This document shows, piece by piece, positions 27,747-45,760 of a DNA stretch of 64,000 bases (positions are counted from its first letter, which is position 1; every line of letters begins with the position of its first letter). The translations under genes were made by a program, and so were the position numbers. The notes under the pieces are model-generated. The model saw nothing but the letters and a program-made list of their open reading frames with translations, was not told where the DNA came from and searched no databases. Origin of the DNA: the human T2T-CHM13v2.0 reference genome, Homo sapiens; assembly GCF_009914755.1 (NCBI RefSeq), contig NC_060925.1; one strand, written 5' to 3'.

Positions 27747-28160
27747 TGATGTAATTTGGATATTTGTCCCCACCCAAATCCCATGTTGAAATGTAATCCC
27801 CAATGTTGGAGGTGGGGCCTGGTGGGAAGTGTGTGGGTCATGGGGGTGGATTTCTCATGAATGGTTTCGGCCATCCCGTTGGTGATAAATGAGCTCTCAC
27901 TCAGTTCACATGAGATCTGGCTGTTAGAGAGTGTGTGGCACCTCCCCTCAACTCTCTCTCTTGCTCCTGCTTTGGCCACAAGTCACACAAGCTTCCTTCT
28001 GCCATGAGTAAAAGCTACCTGAGGCCTCCCTAGAAGCAGATGCCCCAGGGCTTTCTGTACAGGCTGCAGAACCATGACATGAGTCAATTAAACCTCTTTT
28101 CTTTATAACTTACCCAATCTCAGGTATTTCTTTATAGCGATGCAAGAATGGCTGAATACA
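27747..28160 (+). mobile_element. MST-family (MSTB-like) MaLR solo LTR
   Basis: tgatgtaatttggatatttgtcccc..catgttgaaatgtaatccccaatgttggaggtggggcctgg...tttatagcgatgcaagaatggctgaataca. Confidence 0.85.
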
Positions 28161-29411
28161 GGGAGGTTAGGCAGTTATTAATGCTCTGTTTTATAAATGA
28201 AGAAACAAATGCTCAGAGGTCGCTGGCTTGCCAACAGTCACCCAACTAGGAAAGAGCAGAGGTCATGACTCCTGGCTTATTGCTTATTCTATCAGAACAA
28301 ACAAGCTTTAAATTATAAACGGAATCACCCTCAGACCACTGTTGCTGGTGCCCAAGTCAGCCTCAATCTCTCCTACTTAAGACCCTAGGAAGATTTGTGC
28401 ATGCTCATGAACAAGCCCTTTCAGCTGCCCTGTGGTCCTCCTTTCCCCTCCCCTCCTTCTTTGGTTTCCATCAGTCCCATCATGGCTTACTGCTGGTGCC
28501 TGCAACCGGGAAGATGGAACTAGTGCTCAGTGCTGGAGCCACCATTTTGGGTCAACTCAAATGTTCTGCAGGGATAAGGGGAAGGGGAGGGGGTCAGGAA
28601 ATTTTCCAGCAGCCCCTACTGTTGTCCTGGGGCAGGAAGAACTCTCACTAGAGAACAAGAGGTACTGGGACAAGTTTCTGCATCTGACTCTTTCTTTAGG
28701 ATGACTCCTTTTCCAATAGCCTCTTCTCCAACTCTTCTTGGCCCTCCATGTAAGTAGTCTCTGGTGGCCTGCCCCTTTAATCCTCCAGATATGCCTTGAT
28801 GCATCTGAATTTCAGTCCAAGCTGGATTAAGAGGATCCAGACAAACAACTGCCCAGGGTGCCAGAACACCATGGATATAAATCTGAATGACTCCACTTAA
28901 TTCCCCCCAGTCATGTGAACATTGGTTTCTCTCCCAGGACACAGCACCTGTAAGTGGTCAATTTAAAACCACTCTTCCAGAGTTGATCTATCCTTGTGGA
29001 ATACATGCAGATGTACCATGTCCATGTGTAAGAGGCTTGATGCAACCATACCCTGAAACTGGAAATCACAATTGCATAAGTTTTGAAACCTAATAGGGTT
29101 TTGAACCCCAATAGTGCTACTTACTGAGATCAAGTAATCTAATTATTTTTACTTACATTTTAAGTCCTTTCATACTCCTATCATTAAGTTGCCTTGTTTA
29201 GAAAATTGCAAAGGAAAGCTGAAGCAAGAATAAGAACATCAGAAAAGGGAAAAATATTTTGCCAAGTTTTATCAGTACCCGGACTCTGTTTTGGCTGCTG
29301 GGAATAAATTAATAATCTGTTTCAACATAGAACTTTTATTAATAGAAAATCAGTTTATTTCTGAAGTCACTAAATACATGTTGAACAAATATTTCAAAAA
29401 TATCCATTTGA

Positions 29412-29714
<303 letters not shown>

Positions 29715-30277
29715 TTAAGGGGCACCAAGTTGTTAGCCTTCCAGGATGCTCACAGTTTTGGTCTAGCCCTGATCCTAGAGGGCAAATCACAGCAGGCATC
29801 TCCAAACTCACTCGGCCTTTGGCTTGCTCTTCTGTGAAAGCAACTAAAGTAGAAGCTTAACAAATGTTTGTTAACTGCGTGCCTTCAAAATCATATGAAT
29901 CTTTGATGTTCGTTTTTGAAAGAAGAAGTAAGCTGGAATTTAGAAATCTACTCTGCAAGGGATTTTGCCATGAAAATATTGCTGTGGTAATAAGATTTGA
30001 TCTGAGGAAGTAGCAATGGTTCCATTGCCCCACCCAGGCAGGCTGGGATCCTCTCTTTACTGTGGCTCATTTTCCTCTACTTCTTACATAAGCCCAGTTT
30101 AGCCACCGTTTTGGAACAAAGCTGTGGGCGAGCCTAGAGCCAGAGTGAGTGATCAGAGAGGATGTTTTCAGAGGATACCATTTAGGGCCTCCTCTTGGGG
30201 AGGTCAGACTCCATAAAAAGCATGTGTGAACTCACACGCCCAAACACAAGCTCACCATCTACCTGTATTAGCCTCTA

Positions 30278-30442
30278 ACCCAAGGCTTTGAAATCGGAAT
30301 GTGCATACAGGTCAGCTGGGGATCCAGTTAGCGTGCAGACCTTGATTAAATAGGTCTGGAGTGGGTCAAAGTCAGCATTGCTAATAAGCTCCTGAGGGAC
30401 GCTGCTGCTGCTGGTCCTCAAACCACACTTCGAGTGGCAAGC
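30278..30442. mobile_element. MER5A-like hAT element
   Basis: ctaataagctcctgagggacgctgctgctgctggtcctcaaaccacacttcgagtggca. Confidence 0.6.
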
Positions 30443-30877
30443 TCCATCCCGCATTCTCTACCTGACTCAGGAGCACAGCAGTCACGGTGTTAGAGTCTAG
30501 GGACAGGTGAATTAGGAAGATGAGAGTCAAGAAGAGGAGATGAATATACAGGCCAGTGACTATATCACAGTGTTACAAGTGTTCATATGGGTACATATAG
30601 ATGTGCGTAAGCATGGGAAAAGGGACTGAGTAGAGGGGACCAAGGCTAAAAATAAATCTTGCAGAAATCAATGGATTTTTTATCCATGGATTCTCTTGAC
30701 AGGGTCTAGGAAGAAATGAGGGCAGTTTGGCAAGATTGTATATTTAGCACCTTGGATGGCAACCTCCCTGGGGCAGTCAGATTGTTTACTCTCTTTTGTG
30801 TTCTGTCTAGTTCAGTGCTGGCGAATAAATTCTCCATAAATACTTCCAGACAGAATGAGTTAGTTACTTACTACATT

Positions 30878-31815
<938 letters not shown>

Positions 31816-32791
31816 TTTTTAAATTTAAAAACTTCATCGTTTGTAATATAGGAAATAATTTAAGAATCTAGATTCTCCTTGCTGGGAGAACATGGGAGTG
31901 ACCTTTGAATCTGGTAATTTATGAAATGGGTTTTGCTGGCTGTACCTTCCCTATGAGATGTTGTGAAAGTGAAGCTGGAGGGAGCTATATGTTGCATCAT
32001 TTCATCTGTGCTGGATGGGCCAGTGGATGGGACTGTCAGGCCTTCAGATTTCTGGACCAACCAGCCCAGGTCATAACTTAGCAGAGTCTCTCTCAGCAAA
32101 GTCTCTCTGCTGACCCTACAGCTGCTGAGAAGAGAGATGGCCCTGAATCAAAGCTGCGTGGGTTTCTCATCACAGGAGAACCCGGGAAGAGCAAAGCCAG
32201 CAAGACTCCTCATACCAGAGGCTGGATGGTTTCTGCAAATGGTGACACCAGCCGTAACATTTTCCAGGGGGTTGATCTCAGAGGCAGCCAAACCTCGGGG
32301 AGCACCAAAGCAGAACACTCAGAGGGTGCGGCTAAGGCCAAGGCTGGGGAGGGGCTGGTCTGCAGCTGGAGGCCATTAAAATGTGGCAAAGTCTCCCTTC
32401 TTTGTTCTTAGGATTAATTTAAAGTGCTGCCATCCTGTAGGGCAGGGAGTTACATTCCTGGAATGGGAGACTCAGGAATATCCAGACAGAATCCTGACTT
32501 TCAAACACAGGATGTCCTTTTTTAAAAAACTATTTATTGGAATAACAGACTTTTAAAAAACCATCTATAATCATCTCCCCTCCCCCCCACACAAATTCAC
32601 TGTTTCCATTTTTCCATGTTCTCATTTATGGCTAATGCACTTTTTGTTGCTCTTTTTACTCATCAGTCATACCTAGATTTCTCTTGTCTACTCCTACTTC
32701 TGAAGGCAGTTCTACCCAAATTATTGTCATTTTCAGGTTTCTGGGATTGGAGGAGAGAAGGGTGAGTCTCCTTCCTTCTCACCACCCCTTC

Positions 32792-32792
<1 letters not shown>

Positions 32793-32834
<42 letters not shown>
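32793..32834. repeat. (AC)21 microsatellite
   Basis: Perfect AC run. Confidence 0.97.
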
Positions 32835-32837
<3 letters not shown>

Positions 32838-33160
32838 CCAGGTGCCCTCTTCTTGGTTGGTAATGTTTTCACTTATCACTCACTCCAGTTATTGTCTAAC
32901 TTCTATGGGAAAGGTGCCAGTTAGGAACAGAAATGTGCCCTTTTAGCCTTATGCCTGTTCTAGAGCTGAACATTGCAAAAGGATGCAGTGGTGATGTTTG
33001 CCTCATAGAGCTCCAGCGCCGGGCATTTTGCCCACCTCAGCAGTCCCCGTCTTCTTTCCTTGCTCCCGAGTTCCCTCTCTCCTTTCCTCCCCACTGATAA
33101 TAGCCCTCAGAAACTTCACTTACACTAAGTGGCTAGGGTAAGAATTTACTAGGAGATTTA

Positions 33161-33616
<456 letters not shown>

Positions 33617-34071
33617 CTAGCATCTCTAAACTAACAAACTTCAGGTTCTTGACCATAATAGGATCATGACATGGGTCTTGGGGGCTTCTCCCCAGCCACT
33701 GTTGTTTCGCATCTCCTGTGTCACTGACTGACTTGAAAACTTCCTTCAGCTCAGGTGGCCCTGGTGACACTCCCAGGCTGTATATTTTGACATTGCTGCA
33801 CTTCTGATGTTTCTGGAGACCTAACTCTAATTCTCAGTTGCTTGCTTAGCTTTCCCGTTCAGGTATTCTTTATTATGATTAAGCTAGCTACCCTAGCAGG
33901 CAGCACACACATCTTTCTTCTTGGAAATAGGTAGGCAGAAAGTTAGGATGCAGGATTCAGATTATAACTTTCTTTTTCCCTAAGTCTGGGCAAACATTCA
34001 GGTGTCCTGTAAGGTACTTTTTTCATTAATCAATGGGTTCTTTTAAGTAAAAAAACCTATAATCTAGATTA

Positions 34072-34314
<243 letters not shown>

Positions 34315-36179
34315 TCAAACTTGCCCTCCTGCCAAAGCAACCAGAAAACTGGAAAAAATATATGAAACAACTGTTTTCCAACATCGTACACAGGCATTAC
34401 AGGGTAATCCCTGAGAGAAGGGAAACAGATTAGATGAGCCCTATATTTGCCCAACTCCCTTCCTGGGGGTACTTTCTGGACCACAGAGCACTAGGACATC
34501 CCAAGCAGAGCACAGCAGGCTCTCTGAGTTTGGGAGATTGAGATCTGAGTTTAGGGAGGTAGAGGTTGGAATGTTGTGGGGAGGATACTGGAAAGGAGAA
34601 AGCTACACAGGGAAAGAACCCCCAGAAATATGCATAAAGAGAACCTGTAAATCTTTGGATGAATACTAAGTTGCATAGACTTGGATTAAAACTGCACAAG
34701 GACTGGCAATAAAATAATCGTTGAAGATCTGTAAACTGAACAATTCCCAGTGTTCACACAGGAATGATAACTGTTAGTATTCCAGTCAGCTAAGGTGGAG
34801 AGTTATCACTGAACACCTGAGCATTCAGTAGAGTCCCCAGAAAGATCATGCCTTAGTAGTAAGATTATACAGCCCTAGAGTAAAGGCTATCTCCCTTAAC
34901 AAAGCTTAAAAACAATCCTCAAAATAATTAAGCTGATATGAAGGTAACTACCCATGCAAAGCTCATCACTCTTTAAAGGAAGACAGCAAAATCTAGATAC
35001 TCAATAGTATAATAGTCATAATGCCTAGCATACAATAGATACCAAAATATGTAAAGAAGCAGAAAAAATGTGACCCATATGAGAAGAAAAATCAATGGAA
35101 ACAGACTTAAAAGTGACAATCATGATGGAATTTTCTAAAAAATAATTTAAACAGCTATTATAAATATGTTTAAGAGTTCAAGGTAAAATATAAGGATGAG
35201 AGAGACATAAATGGAAACTGTAAAAATAATGAAATGGAACCTCTAGTTCTGACAATACAATATCTGAAATGAAAAATTCACTGATGGACTTAACAGCATA
35301 ATCAACACTGCAGAATAAAAGATCAATGAACTCAAAGACAGCAATAACACCTATCCAAAGTGAAGCACAAACAGGAAACAGTCTGAAAAACAATGAACAG
35401 AACCACAGTAACTTATGGGATAATATCAAGAGACTTACATACATATAATTGATGTCTCAGGAAGAAAAAAGGGTAGTGGAGGCAAAAAAATTTTTTTTGA
35501 AGTAATTGCCAATTTTTTCAAAATTTGATGAAAATTTTATACCACAGATCTTGAGTTTTTAATAAACCCCAGACAGGATATACACAAATAAAATCACAGC
35601 AAAATGCATCATAATAAAATTGCTGAAAACCAGCAAAAAGGAGGAAATCTTTAAAGTACCTAGAGAAAGGGACACGTTGTATACAGGAGAACAAAAATAG
35701 TAGTGATGGCTGACTTCCTGTCAAAAACACTGTAAGCCAGAAGACAATGGAAATGACATCTATAAAGTGCTGGAAGAAAAGTAAACCTTATAAACTAGAA
35801 TTCTATATCCAGGGGAAATGTATCCTTCAAAAATAAAGACAAAATAAAGACATGTTCAGGTAAATAATAGCTGAGAGAATTTATCACCAGCAAATGCACT
35901 ATAAGAAATATTAAGGAAGTCCTTCAAGTGGAAGGAAAACGGTACCAGGTGAAATTTGATACTTTCTTTATACAAAGAAATAAAGGGCTCTGGAAATGTA
36001 AGCATGTGGATTTATATAACAGATATTATTTTCTTATTTTGAAATTTTTAAAAAAGAGAAATGACTATTTAAAACAAAAATAACACTAATGTAGTCTGAT
36101 ATTTACAACATCTGTAGAAGAAAAATGAATGAAAACAACAGCAACAAAGGAGGGGAAGAGGAAATGAAAGTAGAATGTT

Positions 36180-36893
<714 letters not shown>

Positions 36894-37024
36894 TAGAAAG
36901 AATAGCAAAGAAATATAGCTAAAAGCTAAAATAAGAGATAAAATGAAACACTAAAAAACAAAACAACACAATCCAAAAAAAAGGCAGAAAAAGAAAAAAA
37001 GAAACAAGACAAATAGTAGGATCA

Positions 37025-37865
<841 letters not shown>

Positions 37866-37942
37866 ATCACATTAAATGTAAATGTTTCGAATGCCTCAAC
37901 TGTAAGTTAGAGATTGTCAGGAAGGGTAAGAAAGCAAAACCC

Positions 37943-38295
<353 letters not shown>

Positions 38296-38357
38296 TTATA
38301 AAGTGACAGATAGGTAAAGGTAAAAGAATAAAAAAAAATACTATACAAACACGAATC

Positions 38358-39305
38358 TGAAAAAAATCTGCAAAACATGTATGTGATGAGATTTATATTT
38401 AAAATATATAATGAATTCTTATAACTCATTAATAAGAGCAATCCAATTTAAAAATAGGCAATATATATTAATAGATATTTCACCAAAGAAGATATATATA
38501 TGGCAAAAAGACACATGAAAAGATATTCCACATAATTAGTCACTAGGGAAATGCAAATAAAAACCATAATTATACACTCATTAGGATAGCTTAAATTTAA
38601 AATGTCTGACAATACGAAGTATTGACAAGGTTGCAGAAGAACTGAAACTCTCATATGTTTGTGGTGGAAATGCCAAACAATATATTCCAAACTATTAGAA
38701 AATAGTTGGGGGGTTCCTTGAAAACTTAAACATAAACCTGCCCTATGATTCAACAATTCCACTCCCAGGTTTATTCCTAAGAGAAATGAAAATATATGTC
38801 TGCACAAAAACTTGCTCATATGTGTTCATAATACCTTTATTTATAATAGGCTAAACTGGAAATAACCCAAACATGCCTCACCTGGTGAGTGGATAAGCAA
38901 ATGTGTTGTAACTACACAATGGAATACTATTCAGCACCAGAAAGGAACAATTCACTGACACAGGCAACCATGTAGGTGAATCTCGAGAGCGTTATGCTGT
39001 GTGAAAAAAGCCATATATCTGGAGGATCCAGTTCATATGAAATTTTAGAAGAGGCAAAATTATCGTAATAGAAAGCAGATCAGATGTTGCCAGGGACTGG
39101 GTGCGGAGGGAGGAAACTGACTACAAAACGGCACAGAGAACTTTTGGAGGAAATAGAAATATTCCTTATCGTAATTGTGGTGGTGGTTATATGACTGCTT
39201 ACATTTGTCAAAACTCATCAAACTGTATGCTTAAATTGGTATATCATATGTAAATTATACCTACATAAAGCTAAAAATAAAAACCAAAAACAATTTTTAA
39301 AAAAG
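38358..39305 (+). mobile_element. L1M 3' end (ORF2 C-terminus and 3' UTR) inserted in the older L1
   Basis: tagggaaatgcaaataaaaacca, aattccactcccagg, aatggaatactattcagca, tacatttgtcaaaactcatcaaactgta. Confidence 0.7.
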
Positions 39306-39359
39306 TGATAATCATAAGAAAGCTAGAGTAGCTATATTAATATAAGAAAAAGAAGACCT

Positions 39360-39710
<351 letters not shown>

Positions 39711-39935
39711 TCATTAGCCAGAATTTCCCCATATATTCATGCTTAAGCTGATCACTGACAAGGAGTAAGATTTGGAAGAATTGAAGTTTAGAACCCCGTA
39801 GTGCTCAGGCATAGGGCACTCAGGAATCACCCACTCAGACTAGGGATTCAGCCGGTCTCCCCTGAGGCAGATGGCTCAATAGAGGTTGGGTGGACCCCTC
39901 AATAACATTGAGGTTCTGTTAGAAAACAGGGAGGT

Positions 39936-40085
39936 GGTCAGGTACAGTGGTTCAGGCATATAATACCGGCACATTGGGAGGCTAAGGTGGGAGGATCACT
40001 TGAGTCCAGGAGTTGAAGACCAGCCTGCACAACATAGCAAGATCCTGACTCTCCAAAAAAAAAAAAAAAAAAAAAAAAAAGAAGA
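39936..40085 (+). mobile_element. Alu left monomer (FLAM/AluJ)
   Basis: ggaggatcacttgagtccaggagttgaagaccagcctg plus long A tail. Confidence 0.8.
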
Positions 40086-40117
40086 AGAAGAAAATTCAAA
40101 GAAAAGAGGAAGGGAAG

Positions 40118-40560
40118 TGTATGACTTAGGGTAGCTGTAGCAGATGTAACAAGTAAGCCCCCATATTTCAGTGTCTTAACAGCATCAAAACTCACTTCTC
40201 CCTGCCATAGCAGAACAATGCAGATGTTCCTGTTGGGGGCAGCTTTCTTCCATGTGGAGATTCAGGGACTCTTATTTCTCTTCCATCTTGTGGCTCAGTT
40301 ATCTTTGGCCTCTGCTTCTAACTAGCAGGCCAGGGAAGAAAGTATGGAGAAGCCACACAACTACTTCTCAACCTGCCTTCTATCCAAGTTACACATATAA
40401 TTTCTCCTCACACTCACTGTCAAGAACCAACCATGCAGCCACATCTAGATGGAAAGGGAGCTGGAAATATAGCCCCTAGCAGGAGAGCCGATTCCTTTGA
40501 TATCACCACAGTGTGGAATGGGACACATTGGTATTCTGGTAGACAGTTGGTTGTCTGCCA
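40118..40560 (-). mobile_element. MLT1J/K-type LTR
   Basis: gatgtaacaag..tttcagtgtcttaaca..; gattcagggact; ggaaagggagctggaaatatagcccc. Confidence 0.5.
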
Positions 40561-40623
40561 AGATGGAGGTAGAGGTGGAAGCAATTTTGAGAGACAACCC
40601 AACAGCTTCTATTACATAAATAC

Positions 40624-40943
40624 TTATTTTATTTTATTTTATTTTATTTTATTTTATTTTATTTTGAGACAGGATTTCACTCTGTCACCCAGGCGACAGT
40701 GAGGTGGCATGATCAGAGCTCACTGCAGTCTCCTCCTGGGCTCAAGCAATTCTCCTGCCTCAGCCCCCATGTAGCTGGGACTACAGGCACATGCCACCAT
40801 GCCTGGCTAATTTTTTGTATTTTTAGTAGAGACTGGGTTTTGCCATGTTGCCCAGGCTGGTCTTGAACTCCTGGTCTTAAATGATCTGCGTGTCTCAGCC
40901 TCCCAAAGTGCTGGGATTACAGGTATGAGCCACTGTGCCTGGC
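40624..40943 (-). mobile_element. AluJ/S with (ATTTT)n tail
   Basis: Antisense dimer; TSD tacataaatactt. Confidence 0.88.
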
Positions 40944-40949
40944 CTACAT

Positions 40950-41130
40950 AAATACTTTTTAAAATCCTTTCTCAGTTATCCCCAGAATAATCCTTTGCCA
41001 TAAACATTATTATTGTCTCCATTTTATAGATGGGGAAACTGCACACAGAAAGGTTAAATAACTTGCCCCAGGTCAGCAGCTTTTGTAACTGGCAGAGCCA
41101 GGATGTTCCCCCAGGGTCTGTGACGCCACA
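40950..41130 (-). mobile_element. MIR
   Basis: tattattgtctccattttatagatggggaaactgcacacagaaaggttaaataacttgccccaggtca. Confidence 0.75.
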
Positions 41131-41670
41131 TCTGCTTCTCTCAACCTTTATTCTGCATTGCTTGATGAAAAATTTCACTGAATCGCTCTTCATCGTTTGG
41201 CTCAGATGAGTGTCAGAAGGAACACTTTGAGAATGGGCCACACAGATGAGGAACAGGTGTCTGCCTCACACTCACCAAGTGCTTTTTCATCATGGCATCA
41301 AGGATCATGGAAACGTTACACCAGCCACTCTTTTCTGGAGCAATGTTGACCCATGTCTGGGCAAATAAGAAAGGTTTCGTATGAGTATGTCTGTTCAAAT
41401 AAATCCTAACTTTCTCACTGGGAAGGAATGACTAGTTCCCACGACTCACAGGACACCACCCCCCACCCCAATATCAAAAATTTCACCTTTTTTTTTAATA
41501 CTAGCACACAGTGAGAAGTGGTACGCTTCTGTTTTTCTCGGTTTTCATCATAAGCTTTGGCTGTCCCTGGCATTCTGTATGCCACACATGTGCCAAACGC
41601 TGCAGCACAAGGATGGGCTAGGGGCAGGAAGGCAGCACAGGAAAGGGGCAGGTCTGGGAGAGGACTTTTG

Positions 41671-41730
41671 TTAGGTCAGTGCAAAAGTAAGTGTGGTTTT
41701 TGCAATTAAAAATAATGGCAATCAACCTAA
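41671..41730. mobile_element. MADE1 (Hsmar1 MITE), internally deleted
   Basis: ttaggtcagtgcaaaagtaagtgtggttttttgc..aatggca..caacctaa. Confidence 0.7.
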
Positions 41731-42549
41731 CACAATTTATTGAGATGGTAGTACATGCCAGACTTCATTTTTAAATTACAAATGAAAATGCTACTATCCC
41801 TATAGCTGCCATGTTAGATGAACAGGTTGGAGGAAGAGAATGCAAAATGAGTTCATTCTGATTCAAAGTTCTTGGTACATTACCTGAAAATGTGTTTACA
41901 GTGGGTGAATATCTTCCCCTAGAAAAGAAAGCCTCACTCAAGCCATTCACTTCTTTAATCAGAGCTCAGGAGCTTTCCAAGCTATTTTATTTTAAGCAAT
42001 TTCCTGGTGAAAATCTAGCACAAACCTCCATTTGAAGTGCTAATAATTCACATTGTAACTCCAGTCGGCTCCCTTGTCTGCATTTGATGTACTTTGTGAA
42101 GTCATTTTAATATTCCATAATCACTTTAATATACTGTGTGATATTGGAGAAGTTACTTAGGTTCTCTGAGCCTCAGATGCTTCATCTGTAAAATGAGGGG
42201 GTTGGGTTAGATCAGTGGTTTTGGATGACTTTTTCCTCAAACAAAATTTTATGTGGCACTCCAATATATAAAAGAGATCAAAGCAGAAGTATTCTAAGTA
42301 TAGCTGAAGCATTTATTAAGCAGACCTACTATGTTTCGAACGTTGTGCTAGGTGCCTGGGAAACAAAGCTGAGGGGAACACAGCCTCTACTTTCATTCTA
42401 GTAGAGGAAACAGACACATAAACTAGGACAGATACACAACCCTGAAACAAGCATCAGATGCAGAACTGGTGACATGGACACGGTGGAGACAGCAGCTAGG
42501 GAAACAGGGAGAACTCTTGGGGGAGTAATGAGTAGCTGTATCCCTCGGC

Positions 42550-42961
42550 CCCTCCTGGGGTTTCCATGCAGCCATGTGGACAGTTCAGAGTATGCTGGAG
42601 TGGCCCGCCTCACACATATCTGTCTCTCCACTTGTTTGCTTCAGGGCTCTAGACTCAGACAGGTACAGACGGGAGACAAGGAGGAGTGAATGCCGTAGGG
42701 GCCAAGCTCAGCTGTTGAGGCAGGAGAATCAGGGAGTAAATACCTGAGCCTCTTGTCCCCTGAGGGACAGTTCAAAGGCACATTCTACACAGTTTGTTCA
42801 CAGCTGTGCTTACCTCAATAACACATATTTATTGACTTTCTCTTGTTCCCTGACTTGCTCTCCCATTCCCTCAACACTGCTTTTTGAGATAACTTCCCAG
42901 ATAAAGAACTCACAGCCAAATCAGTGTCTCACGCTTTGCTTTCAAGGGAACCCAACCTACA
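42550..42961 (+). mobile_element. LTR16-family ERVL LTR
   Basis: ctcaataacacatatttattgactttc..cttcccagataaagaact..tctcacgctttgctttcaagggaacccaacctaca. Confidence 0.6.
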
Positions 42962-43689
42962 GGAGTAGCCATGTGACATGTGAAACGCATTTCTGAGGGA
43001 GGGGACAGCAGGAGATGGCAGAGTACACAGGAGCCATAAGCGGCTTGGTGCCGGCTGGACCATACCACCTGAGCTGTTGACTGCATAGAATCGGGCACAC
43101 TCCCATTCATCTGCCCTGGACACGCAGGCCACTCCAGCCTTCAACCACTGTGTGCTTAGAGAAAGCAAATGAACCCTAATATTTGCTAACTCAGTGCAGA
43201 CAGATGAGCAGTGCAGTTTTCTAGGGTTAGGAGAGTCAACTATCTGCTGCTCTTGGAAACAACATCCTTTCAGGAGCTCCTGTGACTCTAGTGGATGGCA
43301 GTGCCCTTTCTCATCACACTCCGCCTTGAGTTCTAGGGCGGCTGACACAGCCTCATCACATTCCAGTCTTTCCCTGGAAGCAGAGCTCATTGTGATTATT
43401 ACCTCATTGCATTTAATCGGCAAATGAGGAGTTAGAATTTAAAATGTCTGTTGAAGGGCAGGAGGAGTGGACTAGAATTTTACAGTAAGAAGGAGTTGCT
43501 GCATTGTGCAACTGCATGAACATAATAAAAGAAATGAAAATGAAAAAACAGTAAATGAGGGAAAGGGAAAATAATGATGGCAAGGTAAGGAGGAGTTAGA
43601 AGGTTATGCAAAACTAGAGTTATGCAAAACTAGGAGCTAGAAGGTTATGCTAGAGGTTATGCAAAACTCATGCTATAAGTCCTCTTCAA

Positions 43690-44001
<312 letters not shown>

Positions 44002-45566
44002 TCATTTGCTAGAGGGAGGTCATAGAATTGAACATAACCTTCCCAATCACTACCATGAAAAGGAAAATACTATCAGTTACAATATTTACAGATTCCATAC
44101 GAAAAAAGAAACTAGTCACTAAGGAAAAGCACAACTATTTGTGGTTCTGAGATGAGAGTAAAATTCCTCCATGCATCCTAAGCAGAGGCTGCTGCCTGAT
44201 TTAACGAAGAGCATCTGTAAACCTGTCCTTCTGGGAAACAAAATGACAAAGTGCACAAAGCTGTTTCTTAGGACATCCCTCAATATAGGCTGATGGTATC
44301 ATGACAAAATGCAATTCAGTAAAAGCAACTTTATGAGGGTGCCAATATGGTATATCCAGGTACTAAGCTTACTGATGTTCTACTTAATTCATAACTTAGG
44401 GGTAGATCTTTGGGTGTCTAGAAAAATGTACAGACTGCATTTACTTCAATAATCTTCCATAAATACTATTTTTTCCCAGCTGAGCATTTAAAAAAATATT
44501 GAGGGGCAGTACGTTTGAAATCCTCATCTAGATGATGACTTTTCTAGGTGGGGCCACATCAGGACAGCCAGCTGTGACTCAGAAGTGGACCTTCGGTGTT
44601 TTAATGGGGAGGGCGCCCTAGATTCTCCTCAGAAAGTAACTTTGCCTTCCAACCCAGAGGTCAATGGGTGATCGAAACCTCATAAAGTTTATATCATAAA
44701 GCATGGATACAATAATTTTAAGCTGGAAAAAATATTAAAGCAGGTGCAACAAACCTGCTTCTGCTGCAGGTGGATGAACAACCATTCATTAAAGAACCCA
44801 TGACATGGCTGACTGTGCAAAATGCCATTCCATGTACATCCCCCAAGATAGACAAAGTTGCAAAATGTTGCAAAATGTATCTGGGCAACAAGTGACTGGC
44901 TGAAGGGGATTATGAGTTATAAAGTAGATAAAAAATGGAGCCATGTCTACCAAAATGATGGCTCCGTTTTAGAACAATCGATCTGTGAGTCCTCTCCAGT
45001 GGAGAGTACACAGGGAGCAGGAGTTGTAATCCCAGTTTTTCATAATAAAGCCATGTCATCTGTCTATGAGTTTCTCTGTTCTCTAGTGCTGCAGAGCACA
45101 CCTATGGCTCAGCCCTAAGTTAGAGAAAGAGAAGTGCAGCAAGGACAAAGACTGAACTTTGGAAGATGGACTAGAAAAGAGAATTGGCTGGATTTAGGTA
45201 AATCTCGAAATCTTGAGATTGGAAAGGATTTCCTCCAAGGTCAGTTTGTCCATGGCTCCACCTAATGTCCCCTTAGAGGGGCCTTAATGCCTTGGAGGTA
45301 AACATTTTACCTCGAGAGGAGAGGATACCACTGTATAATTTAACTCTCCTCATCATTGAGCTAAGTGGTTATCACAAACTAGGCCAATTTTTTCTCTTAG
45401 CAATTTTTACACAGTGACTCAGAGTAAGACTTCGAATCAAAGTCTACTCCTCCCTTAAAGTGCAACACTTCAAAAACAACTGAAGACAACTCCTCAGAGC
45501 TCCCTGTTGTCTTCTCCAAGTCTTCCAGAAGAACCTCTTTCCATATAAGGTAACTCTTCTCCTGAT

Positions 45567-45760
45567 GAGGGTTGCCTGATTTCACAGATAAAAATATAGA
45601 ATGCCCAGTTGAATTTGAGTTTCAGATAAACAATGAATACATTTTTAGTGTTAAGTATGCTCTGTGTAATATTTGGGACATACTTATACTAAAAATATAT
45701 TGCTTATTTATCTGAAATTCCAATTTTACTGGGCATTCTGTATTTTGGCTAGCAACCCTC
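45567..45760. mobile_element. MER53 palindromic hAT MITE
   Basis: Termini agggttgc/gcaaccct; internal gaatgcccagt..tttcagataaa inverted with tttatctgaaa..actgggcattc. Confidence 0.85.

Noticed and set aside
41671-41730. MADE1 as a miR-548-type precursor
   Set aside because: About 20 bp of one arm is missing, so the long hairpin cannot form.
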